The notes under the pieces: model-generated
The model's input: the letters and a program-made list of their open reading frames with translations, nothing else
The model's database searches: none
What the model was told of the DNA's origin: nothing
Program-made: the position numbers and the translations under genes
Part shown: piece by piece, positions 26,664 through 37,400 of the stretch
Position numbering within the stretch: position 1 is the first letter of the stretch
How the letters are laid out: each line of letters starts with the position of its first letter
Origin: Clostridia bacterium
GTDB lineage: Bacteria > Bacillota > Clostridia > Oscillospirales > CAG-272
Assembly (NCBI GenBank): GCA_017462615.1
Contig: JAFTQT010000046.1
Location: forward strand, 26,892 to 90,891
Direction of reading: 5' to 3'
Length of the DNA stretch: 64,000 bases

Positions 26664-27278
26664 TTATTTCTCCTTATTGCGCACGCTGCCCATCAGATTC
26701 GGGAGCTGCGGCGTCGTGTCGCTGCCCTCCGGCAATATGGTACGATAGCAACAGTAAAAGAGCCATAGATTGCAAAAAACACAAACCAATCGGAGTATGG
26801 CAATGGGAAGTGAAAGCAACCCGACGTTATTTTGAATAAACGCAAAGGGAAGCTTCGCGAACAAGTAAAATAAATGATAGATCACCACAAATATCATATT
26901 ACGCAGCGCCCCTGCCTGCAGCTTAACGATTTCAAGCTCTTGAGAGAGTCGGAAAACGGCATACAGAAGCAAAAGCTGAAGCAATAGCGTATAGGCAAAA
27001 TACGCCCAGTCAACAGCAGCATCCAGCGCGGACGTGAACAACGCTATTTCCGGCAAAACGTGTATTGTGGTCAATCCGTATACGGTATAGTAAACAGCGA
27101 ACGGCAAGGCAAGAAAGGACAAATTTCTGCATTGATAAAAAAGCTTGTGATAGGGAGCAAGGCGAAAAAAAGCAACGACCATCAAGCCATATCCGATCAG
27201 CATGGCTGCCGACAGCGGCGGATAAATCGCGATCATGTTGACGGCAAAGTAACCCATCAGTAACAGACCAAAGCCCAT
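26664..27278 (-). CDS. Hypothetical polytopic membrane protein
   Basis: I chose ATG 27278 (MGFGLLLMGYF), 7 nt after GAAGGGAGG; the track start at 27296 is a TTG inside that SD. The stop lies 1 nt before the next gene's ATG. Confidence 0.65.
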   Translation of the reverse strand: MGFGLLLMGYFAVNMIAIYPPLSAAMLIGYGLMVVAFFRLAPYHKLFYQCRNLSFLALPFAVYYTVYGLTTIHVLPEIALFTSALDAAVDWAYFAYTLLLQLLLLYAVFRLSQELEIVKLQAGALRNMIFVVIYHLFYLFAKLPFAFIQNNVGLLSLPIAILRLVCVFCNLWLFYCCYRTILPEGSDTTPQLPNLMGSVRNKEK

Positions 27279-27302
27279 ATTCAAGCCTCCCTTCAAGCTG
27301 TC

Positions 27303-30053
27303 TTACGCCCGATCGGTTCCACCGGTGGCTCCACAGCATTTCTTGTATTTTTTACCGCTGCCACAAGGACAGAGGTCGTTGCGGCCGACCTTCTCGGCCT
27401 TGCGCACCACAACGGTCCGTTTCCCTTCTCCGCTGCCTTCAAAGCCTTCCTGCAGCGGCCGCGCGATCTGTACGCGCTGTACGAGCTGAGGACGAGGCAT
27501 AACGGAAAGCACGTGGCGTACCGTCTCCTCACGGATCTCGGCCACCATCTCCTCAAACATAGCAGAGCCCTGCAGCCGATATTCATTAACGGGATCACGC
27601 TGGGCATAGGCCTGCAGGCCAATACTGCCCTTCAGATCGTCCATTGCATCAATGTGCTCCATCCAATGGCGGTCAACCGATTGCAGCAGCAGCGAGCGCT
27701 CAATCTCCTTAAAGGTCTCCGCCCCAAACAGCTCCTCCTTTTCGGCATAAAGACGCTCTGCCTTTTCGACCAGCAGCTCCACCAGATCCTCAGATTTCAT
27801 GTTCTTCTCCGCAAACGCATCTGCGTCCAGATCCTCGGGCTGCAGCAAATAAGAGCGATAGGCAGAAGCCAAGGCCTCCAGATTCCACTCCGCCGGATCA
27901 TCCCCGGAGGCAAACAGAGATACGTTTTCCTCAATGGTAGAGCGGATCATCGTGCGAATGGTTTCACTGATATCCTCACCGTTGAGTACCTCCAGGCGCT
28001 GGCTGTAGATCAGATTGCGCTGCTGATTCATCACGTCGTCGTAGGTGAGCACGTACTTACGGCGCTTGAAGTTATTGTCCTCGATCTGCTTCTGCGCCCG
28101 CTCGATAGAATTGGACAACAGCGAATGATTGATCGGCTGATCCTCAGGAAGTCCCAAACGCTCCACAAGACCGGAAATACGATCCGCACCGAACAAGCGC
28201 ATCAGATCATCCTCCAGAGACAGGAAAAACCGGGATTCACCGGGGTCCCCCTGACGTCCTGAACGGCCGCGTAGCTGGTTATCAATACGGCGGCTCTCAT
28301 GACGCTCCGTACCAAGGATATAAAGACCACCGGCCTCCCTTACCTGCTCGGCCTCGGGCTCGATCTCCTTCTTGAACTTAGCAAAATGGGCGTGAAATAC
28401 TTCGCGTGCCGCACGTACCTCGTCATCCTCAATATCGGTGGTACCGGTTGCCATAACGATCAGCTCCTCGGCATAGCCTTCTTTGCGCATTTCGTTTTTG
28501 GCCATAAATTCGGGGTTTCCACCCAGCATGATGTCCGTACCGCGTCCCGCCATATTAGTGGAGATCGTCACGGCACCCAGCTTACCGGCCTGTGCTACGA
28601 TTTCCGCTTCGCGCTCGTGATGCTTGGCATTCAGCACGTTGTGCTTGATGCCCTCACGCTTCAGCTTGGCAGAAAGCTCCTCGGATTTATCCACACTGAC
28701 CGTGCCCACCAAAACGGGCTGTCCCTTTTCGTGGCATGCCTTCACCTGCTCTACGATCGCATCGTATTTTCCGCTGACGGTCTTATAAACGGCGTCATCG
28801 TGATCCAAGCGAACCATAGGCTTGTTGGTGGGCACCTCTACCACGTCGAGAGAATAGATCTCGCGGAATTCCAGCTCCTCGGTGAGTGCCGTGCCCGTCA
28901 TGCCAGAAAGCTTACCGTACATACGGAAATAATTCTGGAATGTGATGGTGGCAAGGGTGCGGTTTTCCTTTTGAACCTGCACGCCCTCTTTAGCCTCGAT
29001 AGCCTGGTGGAGACCGTTGGAATACCGACGGCCGGGCATAATACGACCTGTGAAGGAATCCACGATCATCACGCCGTTTTCGTTGACCACATAGTCCACG
29101 TCCCGGCGCATGACGCCCCAGGCATGAATGGCCTGATTGATATGGTGCGACAACTCGGAATTTGCGGGATCAGTAAGGTTATCTACGCCAAAATACTCCT
29201 CCGCGTGCTTGGCGCCCATCGGCGTCAATACAGCATTGCGACCCTTCTCGTCCACTACGTAATCCGCATCTACGTCGTCCAGCGCTTCCTTTTTGTCAAG
29301 CTCCTTGCGCACCTGCTTCTTCATGGTGCGCACCAGCGTATTGGCACGGTCGTAAAGATCCGTGGACTTTTCTCCTGCACCGGAAATAATCAAGGGCGTT
29401 CTCGCCTCATCGATCAGTATGGAGTCTACCTCATCCACGATGGCGAATACGTGGCCGCGCTGTACCATGTCTTTTTTATAGACAACCATATTGTCGCGCA
29501 GGTAGTCAAAGCCGAACTCGTTATTGGTACCGTAGGTAATATCGGCATTATAGGCGGCCTGTTTTTCTTCCGGCGTAAGACCGTGCACCACAAGTCCGGT
29601 GGAAAGGCCCATGAAGGCGTACACACGTCCCATTTCCTCAGAGTCACGGCGCGCCAAATAATCGTTGACCGTCACCACGTGCACGCCGCGTCCGGTCAGC
29701 GCGTTCAGATAGGCGGGCATCGTCGCTACCAGCGTTTTTCCTTCGCCGGTCTTCATTTCTGCAATGCGCCCCTGGTGCAGAATGATACCGCCCAAAAGCT
29801 GTACGTAAAAGGGGCGCTTGCCAAGCACACGCTCGTCCGCCTCGCGAACGGCAGCAAAGGCATCACACAAAATATCATCCAGCGTTTCACCTGCGGCAAG
29901 ACGCTCCTTCAGCTTTACGGTTGTATGTGCCAGCTCCTCGTTGCTCATGGCTGCATATTGCGGTGCCAGCTCCTCGATTTGATCCGCGATACGACGCAGC
30001 TTTTTGATCTGACGGTCACTGTAAGTGCCAAATATTTTCGTAAGCAATCCCAT
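27303..30053 (-). CDS. secA: Preprotein translocase ATPase SecA
   Basis: MKTGEGKTLVA Walker A, DEVDSILIDEARTPLIISG, and C-terminal zinc motif CPCGSGKKYKKCCG. ATG 30053 lies 5 nt after GGAGG. Confidence 0.95.
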   Translation of the reverse strand: MGLLTKIFGTYSDRQIKKLRRIADQIEELAPQYAAMSNEELAHTTVKLKERLAAGETLDDILCDAFAAVREADERVLGKRPFYVQLLGGIILHQGRIAEMKTGEGKTLVATMPAYLNALTGRGVHVVTVNDYLARRDSEEMGRVYAFMGLSTGLVVHGLTPEEKQAAYNADITYGTNNEFGFDYLRDNMVVYKKDMVQRGHVFAIVDEVDSILIDEARTPLIISGAGEKSTDLYDRANTLVRTMKKQVRKELDKKEALDDVDADYVVDEKGRNAVLTPMGAKHAEEYFGVDNLTDPANSELSHHINQAIHAWGVMRRDVDYVVNENGVMIVDSFTGRIMPGRRYSNGLHQAIEAKEGVQVQKENRTLATITFQNYFRMYGKLSGMTGTALTEELEFREIYSLDVVEVPTNKPMVRLDHDDAVYKTVSGKYDAIVEQVKACHEKGQPVLVGTVSVDKSEELSAKLKREGIKHNVLNAKHHEREAEIVAQAGKLGAVTISTNMAGRGTDIMLGGNPEFMAKNEMRKEGYAEELIVMATGTTDIEDDEVRAAREVFHAHFAKFKKEIEPEAEQVREAGGLYILGTERHESRRIDNQLRGRSGRQGDPGESRFFLSLEDDLMRLFGADRISGLVERLGLPEDQPINHSLLSNSIERAQKQIEDNNFKRRKYVLTYDDVMNQQRNLIYSQRLEVLNGEDISETIRTMIRSTIEENVSLFASGDDPAEWNLEALASAYRSYLLQPEDLDADAFAEKNMKSEDLVELLVEKAERLYAEKEELFGAETFKEIERSLLLQSVDRHWMEHIDAMDDLKGSIGLQAYAQRDPVNEYRLQGSAMFEEMVAEIREETVRHVLSVMPRPQLVQRVQIARPLQEGFEGSGEGKRTVVVRKAEKVGRNDLCPCGSGKKYKKCCGATGGTDRA

Positions 30054-30151
30054 AGGATCCTCCATTTTACTAATATCTTTTTTATTATACTACATATTAA
30101 GAAAAATTGCTATACCTAAACAAAAAAAATTGCAAAAAATTTAGATATCTC

Positions 30152-30180
30152 TTGCATCTTACGACGGTTTTCGTTATAAT
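30152..30180 (+). promoter_or_regulatory. Sigma-A-type promoter candidate for trmL-mnmA
   Basis: TTGCAT (30152-30157), 17 nt, TATAAT (30175-30180). Confidence 0.55.
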
Positions 30181-30212
30181 AGAGATGTCAAACCACACCA
30201 AAGGCGGTTTTT

Positions 30213-30725
30213 ATGTCAAAAATCCATATTGTATTACACGAGCCTGAGATTCCCCAAAACACCGGCAATATTGCCAGGACCTGTGCCGCTACCGGCGCTG
30301 CTCTGCATCTGATACGTCCCATGGGCTTTACCGTAGACGATAAAAAGCTGAAGCGGGCAGGACTGGATTACTGGGATAAGCTGGACATTACCTATTACGA
30401 CGGCCTCGCTGATTTTTACACGCGTCATCCAGATGCGGAAATCTATTATTTTTCTACCAAGGCGCAGCACACGCACACCGACGTCACCTACCCTGAGGAG
30501 GTCTTTTTAATGTTTGGCAAGGAAAGCGCGGGGTTACCCGAGGAGCTTTTGCTGCAAAACGCTTCTCACACCGTGCGTATCCCCATGCGTGATACACTTC
30601 GCAGCCTCAATCTTTCTAACGCCGCTGCCATTGCCGTTTACGAGGTGCTGCGGCAGCAAAATTTTGCGGGATTAAGAGAGGACGGCGCCCTTACCAAATA
30701 CGATTGGAGCGACGCCTATGAATGA
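30213..30725 (+). CDS. trmL: tRNA (cytidine/uridine(34)-2'-O)-methyltransferase TrmL
   Basis: IHIVLHEPEIPQNTGNIARTCAATG...LIRPMGF...FGKESAGLP is the SpoU-type TrmL pattern, at about 170 aa. Confidence 0.88.
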   Translation: MSKIHIVLHEPEIPQNTGNIARTCAATGAALHLIRPMGFTVDDKKLKRAGLDYWDKLDITYYDGLADFYTRHPDAEIYYFSTKAQHTHTDVTYPEEVFLMFGKESAGLPEELLLQNASHTVRIPMRDTLRSLNLSNAAAIAVYEVLRQQNFAGLREDGALTKYDWSDAYE

Positions 30726-31773
30726 TGCCGTTATGATCGCCATGAGCGGCGGCGTGGACAGCGCCGTAGCCGCCCATCTCGTTGCCTCCTCGCACACCGC
30801 CGCAGGCGTTACAATGGAGCACCTTTCCTATGAGAGCGAGGCGATGCGTCTTGCTGCTCAAACGGATATTGCGGATGCCGCTGCCGTTTGCAACGTCCTT
30901 GGTATTCCGCACTACGTGGCAGACCTGCGTGAGGAGTTCAAGCAATTCGTCACCGATCCCTTTATTGCCGCCTATGTGGCCGGCGAGACCCCCAATCCCT
31001 GTATTTTATGCAATCAAAGGATCAAATTTGGTGCCCTTGCGGATTTTGCAGCGAAAAAAGGCTACGATCGTCTCGCCACCGGGCACTACGCACGCATAGA
31101 GCGAGCCGAAAACGGGCGCTATCTGCTGCGTCGTGCCAAGGATGCCGAAAAGGATCAGACCTACGTACTCTACACCTTAACACAGCAAATGCTGACTACA
31201 ACATTCTTTCCGCTGGGCGAGCTTACAAAGGCTGAGGTGCGGGAGCTTGCCGCACAATTACAATTTTCTGCCGCCAAAAAGGGAGATAGCCAGGATATCT
31301 GCTTCATCCCGGACGGCGACTATGCCGCCTTTATTGGCCGCAAAACAGGTACGACTTTCCCTCCCGGAGATTTTCTTTCCATGGATGGCCGCGTGCTTGG
31401 ACGCCATCGCGGTATCATTCACTATACTCCCGGTCAGCGCAAGGGGCTTGGTATCGCGTTGGGTAAACCCGCTTACGTGGTTTCAAAATCCGCCGAGGAA
31501 AATACCGTCGTTCTTGGTGATAACGATGATCTGTTTTCCCGCCGTCTGACCGTCAAAAATATAAATCTTATTCCCCTTGAAAGTATTGCCACCCCCATGC
31601 GCCTGCACGCCAAGGCGCGTTATAAGCAAGCACCTGCCCCCGCCCGTGTGGAGCAAACCGCTCCCAATGAGCTGACGGTAGAATTTGAGGAGCCGCAACG
31701 CGCCATTGCACCGGGGCAAGCCCTGGTGCTCTATGACGATGATTACGTGGTCGGTGGCGGCACCATTTGTTAA
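30718..31773 (+). CDS. mnmA: tRNA 2-thiouridine(34) synthase MnmA
   Basis: PP-loop AMSGGVDSAV, NPCILCN, ATGHYAR and DQTYVL. Confidence 0.92.
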   Translation: MNDAVMIAMSGGVDSAVAAHLVASSHTAAGVTMEHLSYESEAMRLAAQTDIADAAAVCNVLGIPHYVADLREEFKQFVTDPFIAAYVAGETPNPCILCNQRIKFGALADFAAKKGYDRLATGHYARIERAENGRYLLRRAKDAEKDQTYVLYTLTQQMLTTTFFPLGELTKAEVRELAAQLQFSAAKKGDSQDICFIPDGDYAAFIGRKTGTTFPPGDFLSMDGRVLGRHRGIIHYTPGQRKGLGIALGKPAYVVSKSAEENTVVLGDNDDLFSRRLTVKNINLIPLESIATPMRLHAKARYKQAPAPARVEQTAPNELTVEFEEPQRAIAPGQALVLYDDDYVVGGGTIC

Positions 31774-31790
31774 CGTGAAAGGAGTTATCT

Positions 31791-31976
31791 ATGAAGCTGC
31801 TGAAATGGATTTTTATAATTGGGTGCATCCCTCTTGTGCTTGGTGATGCTTTTATCGTCATCAACGCCGTCGCCGGCCCCATTCTTCCCTACCCTGTGGT
31901 AGCCGTGCTGATCCTGCTGGGGATCGTAGGCATCTTTGCCGGCATCGTATACTGCAAGCCCCAAAAAGAACAATAA
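31791..31976 (+). CDS. Small two-TM membrane protein
   Basis: AAAGGAG, 6 nt, ATG; 61 aa, hydrophobic. Confidence 0.55.
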   Translation: MKLLKWIFIIGCIPLVLGDAFIVINAVAGPILPYPVVAVLILLGIVGIFAGIVYCKPQKEQ

Positions 31977-31984
31977 CAAAAAAT

Positions 31985-32015
31985 ACCTTGCGGCGTTGCC
32001 GCAAGGTGTTTTTTT
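31985..32015. terminator. Bidirectional terminator
   Basis: ACCTTGCGGC-gtt-GCCGCAAGGT flanked by an A-run and GTTTTTTT. Overlaps the PBP gene stop. Confidence 0.85.
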
Positions 32016-34395
32016 ATGCTCCTAAAAACGCTCGCCTTCTCCAGAATTCATCCGGGTTTCCGTGGGCTTGACAAATACGGTTATAGGGTAACAGATCAAG
32101 CTCTATGCCAAAATGGGTATTGGGCGCGTAGCGAACTGCATAATACGGCTCGTATTCCGTTGCGATACGCCCACCGGCCTCATAAAATCCATCAAAGGTA
32201 TAGGGTGCGTCCAGCACTCGTATCTGACACGGAAAGGAGCGCTTCACGCGGAGCAGTGCAACCTTGGTGCGCGTGGCATTGGGACAATTCTCGGTTGCAA
32301 TCCCGCCGTGATCACAGTAATCGATCAACACGTGACAATCACAAAATCCGGAGGGCTCGGTTCCTCTCTTAAAATAACCGATCTCCGTCCGATCGCCCCG
32401 CGGGTCGTACCGACAAGCCTCGGATATCAGCTTGCCGGAATCCTTGCAGTATCGAACCGCCACCACATCTCCGTTATTTTCAAAGCTCGTCCGCGTGATA
32501 CCTCGCTCCAGCACAACCTTTTCCATAACCGCATCAAAAACAGAAAGCGAGGGATTCCCCTTGATGCTGCTGAGCGACTCCGGGTAATCCATCCCGCACC
32601 ACACGCCTGCCAAAAGCTCCGGTGTGTATCCGACAAACCACTTGTCGCAATTGTTGCTGCTGGTACCCGTTTTTCCTGCCACATCCACTATTTTTTTCAG
32701 CACAGACTCCTTAGCAGTCCCCTCCCGCATAACATGGCGCAGCATCATGGTCATGATCGACGTCGTGGCACCATCAAGGACAAGCCGTTCTTCCCCGTCG
32801 CGAGCGAGCAAAACGCTACCAAAGCTATCCTCCACCCTATAAAAGCTTCGCAGACCGCGATACGTGCCGTTTCCTGCCAGCACGGTATAACCTCCCAGCA
32901 ATTCGCGCAAGGAAACACCCGTTGATTGCTGTCCCAGCGCCAAAGCGGCAGCACCGATATCCATCTCAGCATCAAGCGTCCTAAACCCCAGCTCCTTGCT
33001 CAAAAAATCAAAGGAGGCGCGATGCCCCAACCGCTTGAGCACGGAAACGCTGACCGTATTCACGGAATGCGTCAACGCTTCGTTGACATTAACAAGCCCG
33101 CGGTACAGATTGGGAGCGTTTCGTGGCCAGGGCGCTCCGTTTTTCCGATATTGCAGCGGCACATCATCAAAAACAGTGGCGTAGGTGATAAGATTTTTTT
33201 GTAGCGCCGGCGCATAAACCGAAAGCGGCTTGATTACGGAGCCGGATGGACGCTTGGTGTCGGTGGCAAAGCTTTGCACGCGATTGGAGCTTTTGGGGCC
33301 TACGGCGCCCGCAACCGCCAAAATGGCGCCGCTATGGGGATCCACAAGCATCATTGCGCTTTCCACCTGCTTCCCGTCACTCGTTTTGGGAAAATGTGTG
33401 ATATCCGCATAATATTCCTCTACGATCTCTTGAAGCGAGGGCGCTACCATCGTATAGATCTTCAGACCACCGCAATATACCAATCGCGAGGCTTCGGCAC
33501 GGGTCATTCCCTTTTCTGTTATCAGGGCTTCGATCACATCTGATGTCACCATATCCGCATACCAGGAATTGATACGTCCGGACATGCTCTCCCGATTGAT
33601 CCGCAGCTTTGTATCAGATTTGATCGCCTCCTCAAAGCTCCTTTTCTCGATCATTCCCTGCTCATGCATTTCCGTCAGTATCAGATCCCGCCGTTTACGA
33701 TTCTCCTCCGGATGTAGGATGGGATCATACCGGGCGGGATTATTGGTAATTGCCGCAATACAAGCAGCCTCGCAAAGCGTTAACTCGGACGGCTCCTTAG
33801 AAAAATACGCATTGGCCGCCGTTTTTACACCGTAGCAATTTTCTGAAAGATTCACGACGTTCAAATACGCCTCCAGAATCTCCTCCTTACTCATTCGCCT
33901 TTCCAACCGCGCGGCGCGCATCAGCTCCCCCATTTTGCGTCGGGCGCTTTTTTCACTATCTCCCGTGAGATTTTTCACCAGCTGCTGCGTAATCGTGGAG
34001 CCGCCAAAAGAGCTGTCGCCTGCAAAATATCCCTTTACGGCCGCCAGCGTTCGGTACCAGTCAACACCGCCGTGATCGTAAAAACGTTTATCCTCAATGG
34101 CAATGAACGCATTCTGCAAATGCGCTGGTATCTCTGAAATAGGACAATACAGCGCGTTTTCATATCCGCTAATGCGATTGTCTACCCATTCTAATTCATT
34201 GCCGCCTTGATCCGTATAATATAGGCGCGTGGTGCGATCGCTTTTGACATTCAGAATGATCTGATTCTCTACGTCGCGAGGTAGGGTCAGCGCCCAGCCG
34301 GTAAATGCAAGCAAGCTTATCATCCCAAGAATCATTCCCACAAGTGTCATGGAAAGAATCGCAACAAGCGCACGGCTTGCCCATTTTTTTAACAT
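32014..34395 (-). CDS. Class A penicillin-binding protein (PBP1A family: glycosyltransferase plus transpeptidase)
   Basis: GT51 motifs IAIEDKRFYDHGGVD, GGSTITQQLVKN and RKxxE, transpeptidase SGSVIKP and KTGT. ATG 34395 follows GGGGGTGA. Confidence 0.9.
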   Translation of the reverse strand: MLKKWASRALVAILSMTLVGMILGMISLLAFTGWALTLPRDVENQIILNVKSDRTTRLYYTDQGGNELEWVDNRISGYENALYCPISEIPAHLQNAFIAIEDKRFYDHGGVDWYRTLAAVKGYFAGDSSFGGSTITQQLVKNLTGDSEKSARRKMGELMRAARLERRMSKEEILEAYLNVVNLSENCYGVKTAANAYFSKEPSELTLCEAACIAAITNNPARYDPILHPEENRKRRDLILTEMHEQGMIEKRSFEEAIKSDTKLRINRESMSGRINSWYADMVTSDVIEALITEKGMTRAEASRLVYCGGLKIYTMVAPSLQEIVEEYYADITHFPKTSDGKQVESAMMLVDPHSGAILAVAGAVGPKSSNRVQSFATDTKRPSGSVIKPLSVYAPALQKNLITYATVFDDVPLQYRKNGAPWPRNAPNLYRGLVNVNEALTHSVNTVSVSVLKRLGHRASFDFLSKELGFRTLDAEMDIGAAALALGQQSTGVSLRELLGGYTVLAGNGTYRGLRSFYRVEDSFGSVLLARDGEERLVLDGATTSIMTMMLRHVMREGTAKESVLKKIVDVAGKTGTSSNNCDKWFVGYTPELLAGVWCGMDYPESLSSIKGNPSLSVFDAVMEKVVLERGITRTSFENNGDVVAVRYCKDSGKLISEACRYDPRGDRTEIGYFKRGTEPSGFCDCHVLIDYCDHGGIATENCPNATRTKVALLRVKRSFPCQIRVLDAPYTFDGFYEAGGRIATEYEPYYAVRYAPNTHFGIELDLLPYNRICQAHGNPDEFWRRRAFLGA

Positions 34396-34473
34396 AAAAT
34401 CACCCCCGCCTGTATTTTTGACAGGTAGGGGTGATCGATACTTGTTTTTATCTGGCACAGACAGCGTTTTTTG

Positions 34474-37400
34474 TTATTTCAGCACCACGTTTTCCGCGCC
34501 GAGAAGAGCGACCAATTCGTTGACAGTAAACTGAGTCGGATCAAAGCCGATCTCTTGACGATGATAACTGCTTGTCACATTATCATAAACCGCAACCGGA
34601 ACGACACCTTCAAAAATTTCCAAAATGGTTTTCACCTTTTTCCATATAGGATCTTCAAGGCTCGGTACGCGAAGATAAATGATACGCGCACGCTCCGGTG
34701 CGACGCCGGACCTCGGCGGTTGCGTCGCAATTGGCTTCGGCTTTTCCGCTTCAGCTGTTTTTTTCAAAGAGACGTTATTTTCCTTTGTTTGCTGCGGACC
34801 GCGATAAGCATCGTTTTCCTCCAACAAATGACAGGTCTGCACAATCACCTTGGGCGGCTCGTCCTCTCGCACCGAGAGTGTTCCCGTCACGCGCACTACC
34901 GCATCAGTGCGCACGCTGTCAGACAGCGATAACAGCACCTTGGGAAAAGCGATACACTCCATCTCGGCGTAGCGATCCTCCAGCGTGAAAAACACCATTC
35001 GCTCATCATTTTTCGTGGTTTTGGAGGTCAGCGCGGTAATGATTCCCGCTACCGTGACACGCTCACGATCGTGATGCAACCAGTCGCCATCCTCATCGGT
35101 GCGACAAAGCTCCTTGATTTCGGAAATACCGGGCTCGGAAAGCGCTTTGGAGAAGCCATCCAGAATATGGCCGGAAAAATACATCCCCGCGGCGTCCTTT
35201 TCCTGCATCAAAAGCTCACGCAGGCCGTATTCCGGCAGCTCCGGATAGGTCACCGAAGGCCGTTCCGCGTAGGCCTCGGAAAACATATCCAGCTGCCCTG
35301 TAAGATTGCTGCGATTCTTGCTTTGCAGCTGATCGATCATAGATTCGTACGCCGCCATCAGTCGACTGCGATAAATTCCAAGCGAATCAAAGGCTCCCGC
35401 CTTGATAAGTGATTCGACCTGCCGTTTGTTCAGATCGTACCCTGCCATTCTTTCGAGGAAATCGTCAAAGGAACGGAAAAGCCCGCTCTTGCTTCGTTCC
35501 GAAACGACATTTTCCAGAAAGATCCTACCCACGTTCTTTAACGCAAGAAGGCCAAAGCGGATATGCTCACCACTGACGCTGAAATTGATATCCGATTCGT
35601 TGATATCCGGAGGCAGCACCCGCACACCCCGCTTGCCCACCTCGGCAATATACTCCGCGATTTTAGGCATGTTGCCAAGCTCCGAGGTCAGAAGCGCAGC
35701 AAAATATGCCTTCGGTGCATGCTCCTTCAGATATGCCGTACGGTAAGATATCACCGCATAGGCTGCCGCGTGGCTCTTGTTGAAAGCGTAGTTGGCAAAG
35801 GCAGAAAGCTCGTCAAACAGCGCCGAGGCATCCGCCCTATCGATACCGTTTTTCTCACAGCCGTCAAGGAAGCATTCCCGTTCCGATTCCATCACATCAG
35901 CCTTTTTCTTGGCCATGGCGCGACGCACCACGTCGGCGTGCCCGAAGGTATAACCCGCCAACTCGCGGAAGATCTGCATCACCTGCTCCTGGTACACCAC
36001 GCAGCCGTAGGTGGTGCGTAAGATAGGCTCCAGAGCCGGAATGCGGTAGGTGACAGTCTCCGGATGCTGATGATTTTCAATGAACGTAGGAATGGACTCC
36101 ATGGGTCCCGGGCGATACAGCGCAATGGCTGCCACGATATCCTCAAAGCAAGTGGGAGCCAGATTCATCAGCACCTGTCGCATACCACCGGACTCCAGCT
36201 GAAAGATACCGGCAGTAGCGCCCTTAGCGATCAAACGATAGGTATCTGCATCATCCAACGGAATCCGCTCAATATCAAAACCGGGATCTGTCTTGCGTAC
36301 CGCCTGCACTGCGTCATCTACGATGGTCAGATACCGCAAGCCCAGGAAGTCAAATTTCAGCAGACCTAACGCTGCCACGGTATCCATATCATATTGCGTC
36401 ACCACCGCGCCGTTGCTGGCCGCAAGCGGCAAATAATCCGAAAGCGGCCGCTCCGTGATCACAATGCCGGCCGCGTGGATCGAGACGTTGCGCGGCATTC
36501 CCTCCAGCGCCATGGAAAGATCGATCAGCTGTCGCATTTCCGGCCTGCTCTGGTAAAGGTTTTTCAGATCCGGCAGCTTCATCGCATCCGCAATGGTAAT
36601 GCCAAGCTCCCGAGGAATGGCCTTTGCGACCGCATCCACCTCGTTGTAAGGAATGCCAAGTGCCCGACCCACGTCGCGTATAGCAGCACGCGCCGCCAAC
36701 GTACCGAAGGTCACGATCTGCGAAACGTGATCGGCGCCATAGCGCTCCGAAACGTATCGGATTACCTCATCACGCCGGTTGTAGCAAAAGTCCACGTCGA
36801 TATCCGGCATGCTGACACGCTCGGGATTCAGAAAGCGCTCGAAAAGCAGGTCAAAGCTCAAGGGATCCACATCCGTGATACCCAAAAAATACGCCACCAC
36901 GCTTCCGGCACCGGAGCCACGGCCGGGGCCAACGGGGATTTGCTTGCTTTTGGCAAAATTAACGTAATCCTGCACGATCAGGAAATAATCGTCATAGCCC
37001 ATTCCCTCAATCACGGAAAGCTCATAATCCATTCGCTGGCGGTAATCCTGCGCCGTATGCCGGGAAAGATCAAGCGCGCCTGCTGTCTGCCTGGTGGCAA
37101 ATCCGGCCTCCGACAATTGTCTCAAATAAGCCGCCGCGCTTATACCGGAGGGACAAGGAAATTTCGGCAAAAAGGACTTATCAAAATCGAAATGAAAATC
37201 ACATTTTTCCGCAATTTTTACCGTGTTTTCAAGCGCCCCCTCGTACGCGCCAAGCAGCATCCGCATTTCGGCAGTATCTTTATAATAAAACTCGTCGGTT
37301 TCAAAGCCGATCGGTCTACCGTCAGCCAGGCGGCTGTTGGTTTGAATACACATGAGCACCGCCTGGGTTTCCGCGTCCGCACGCCGCAGATAATGGCAGT

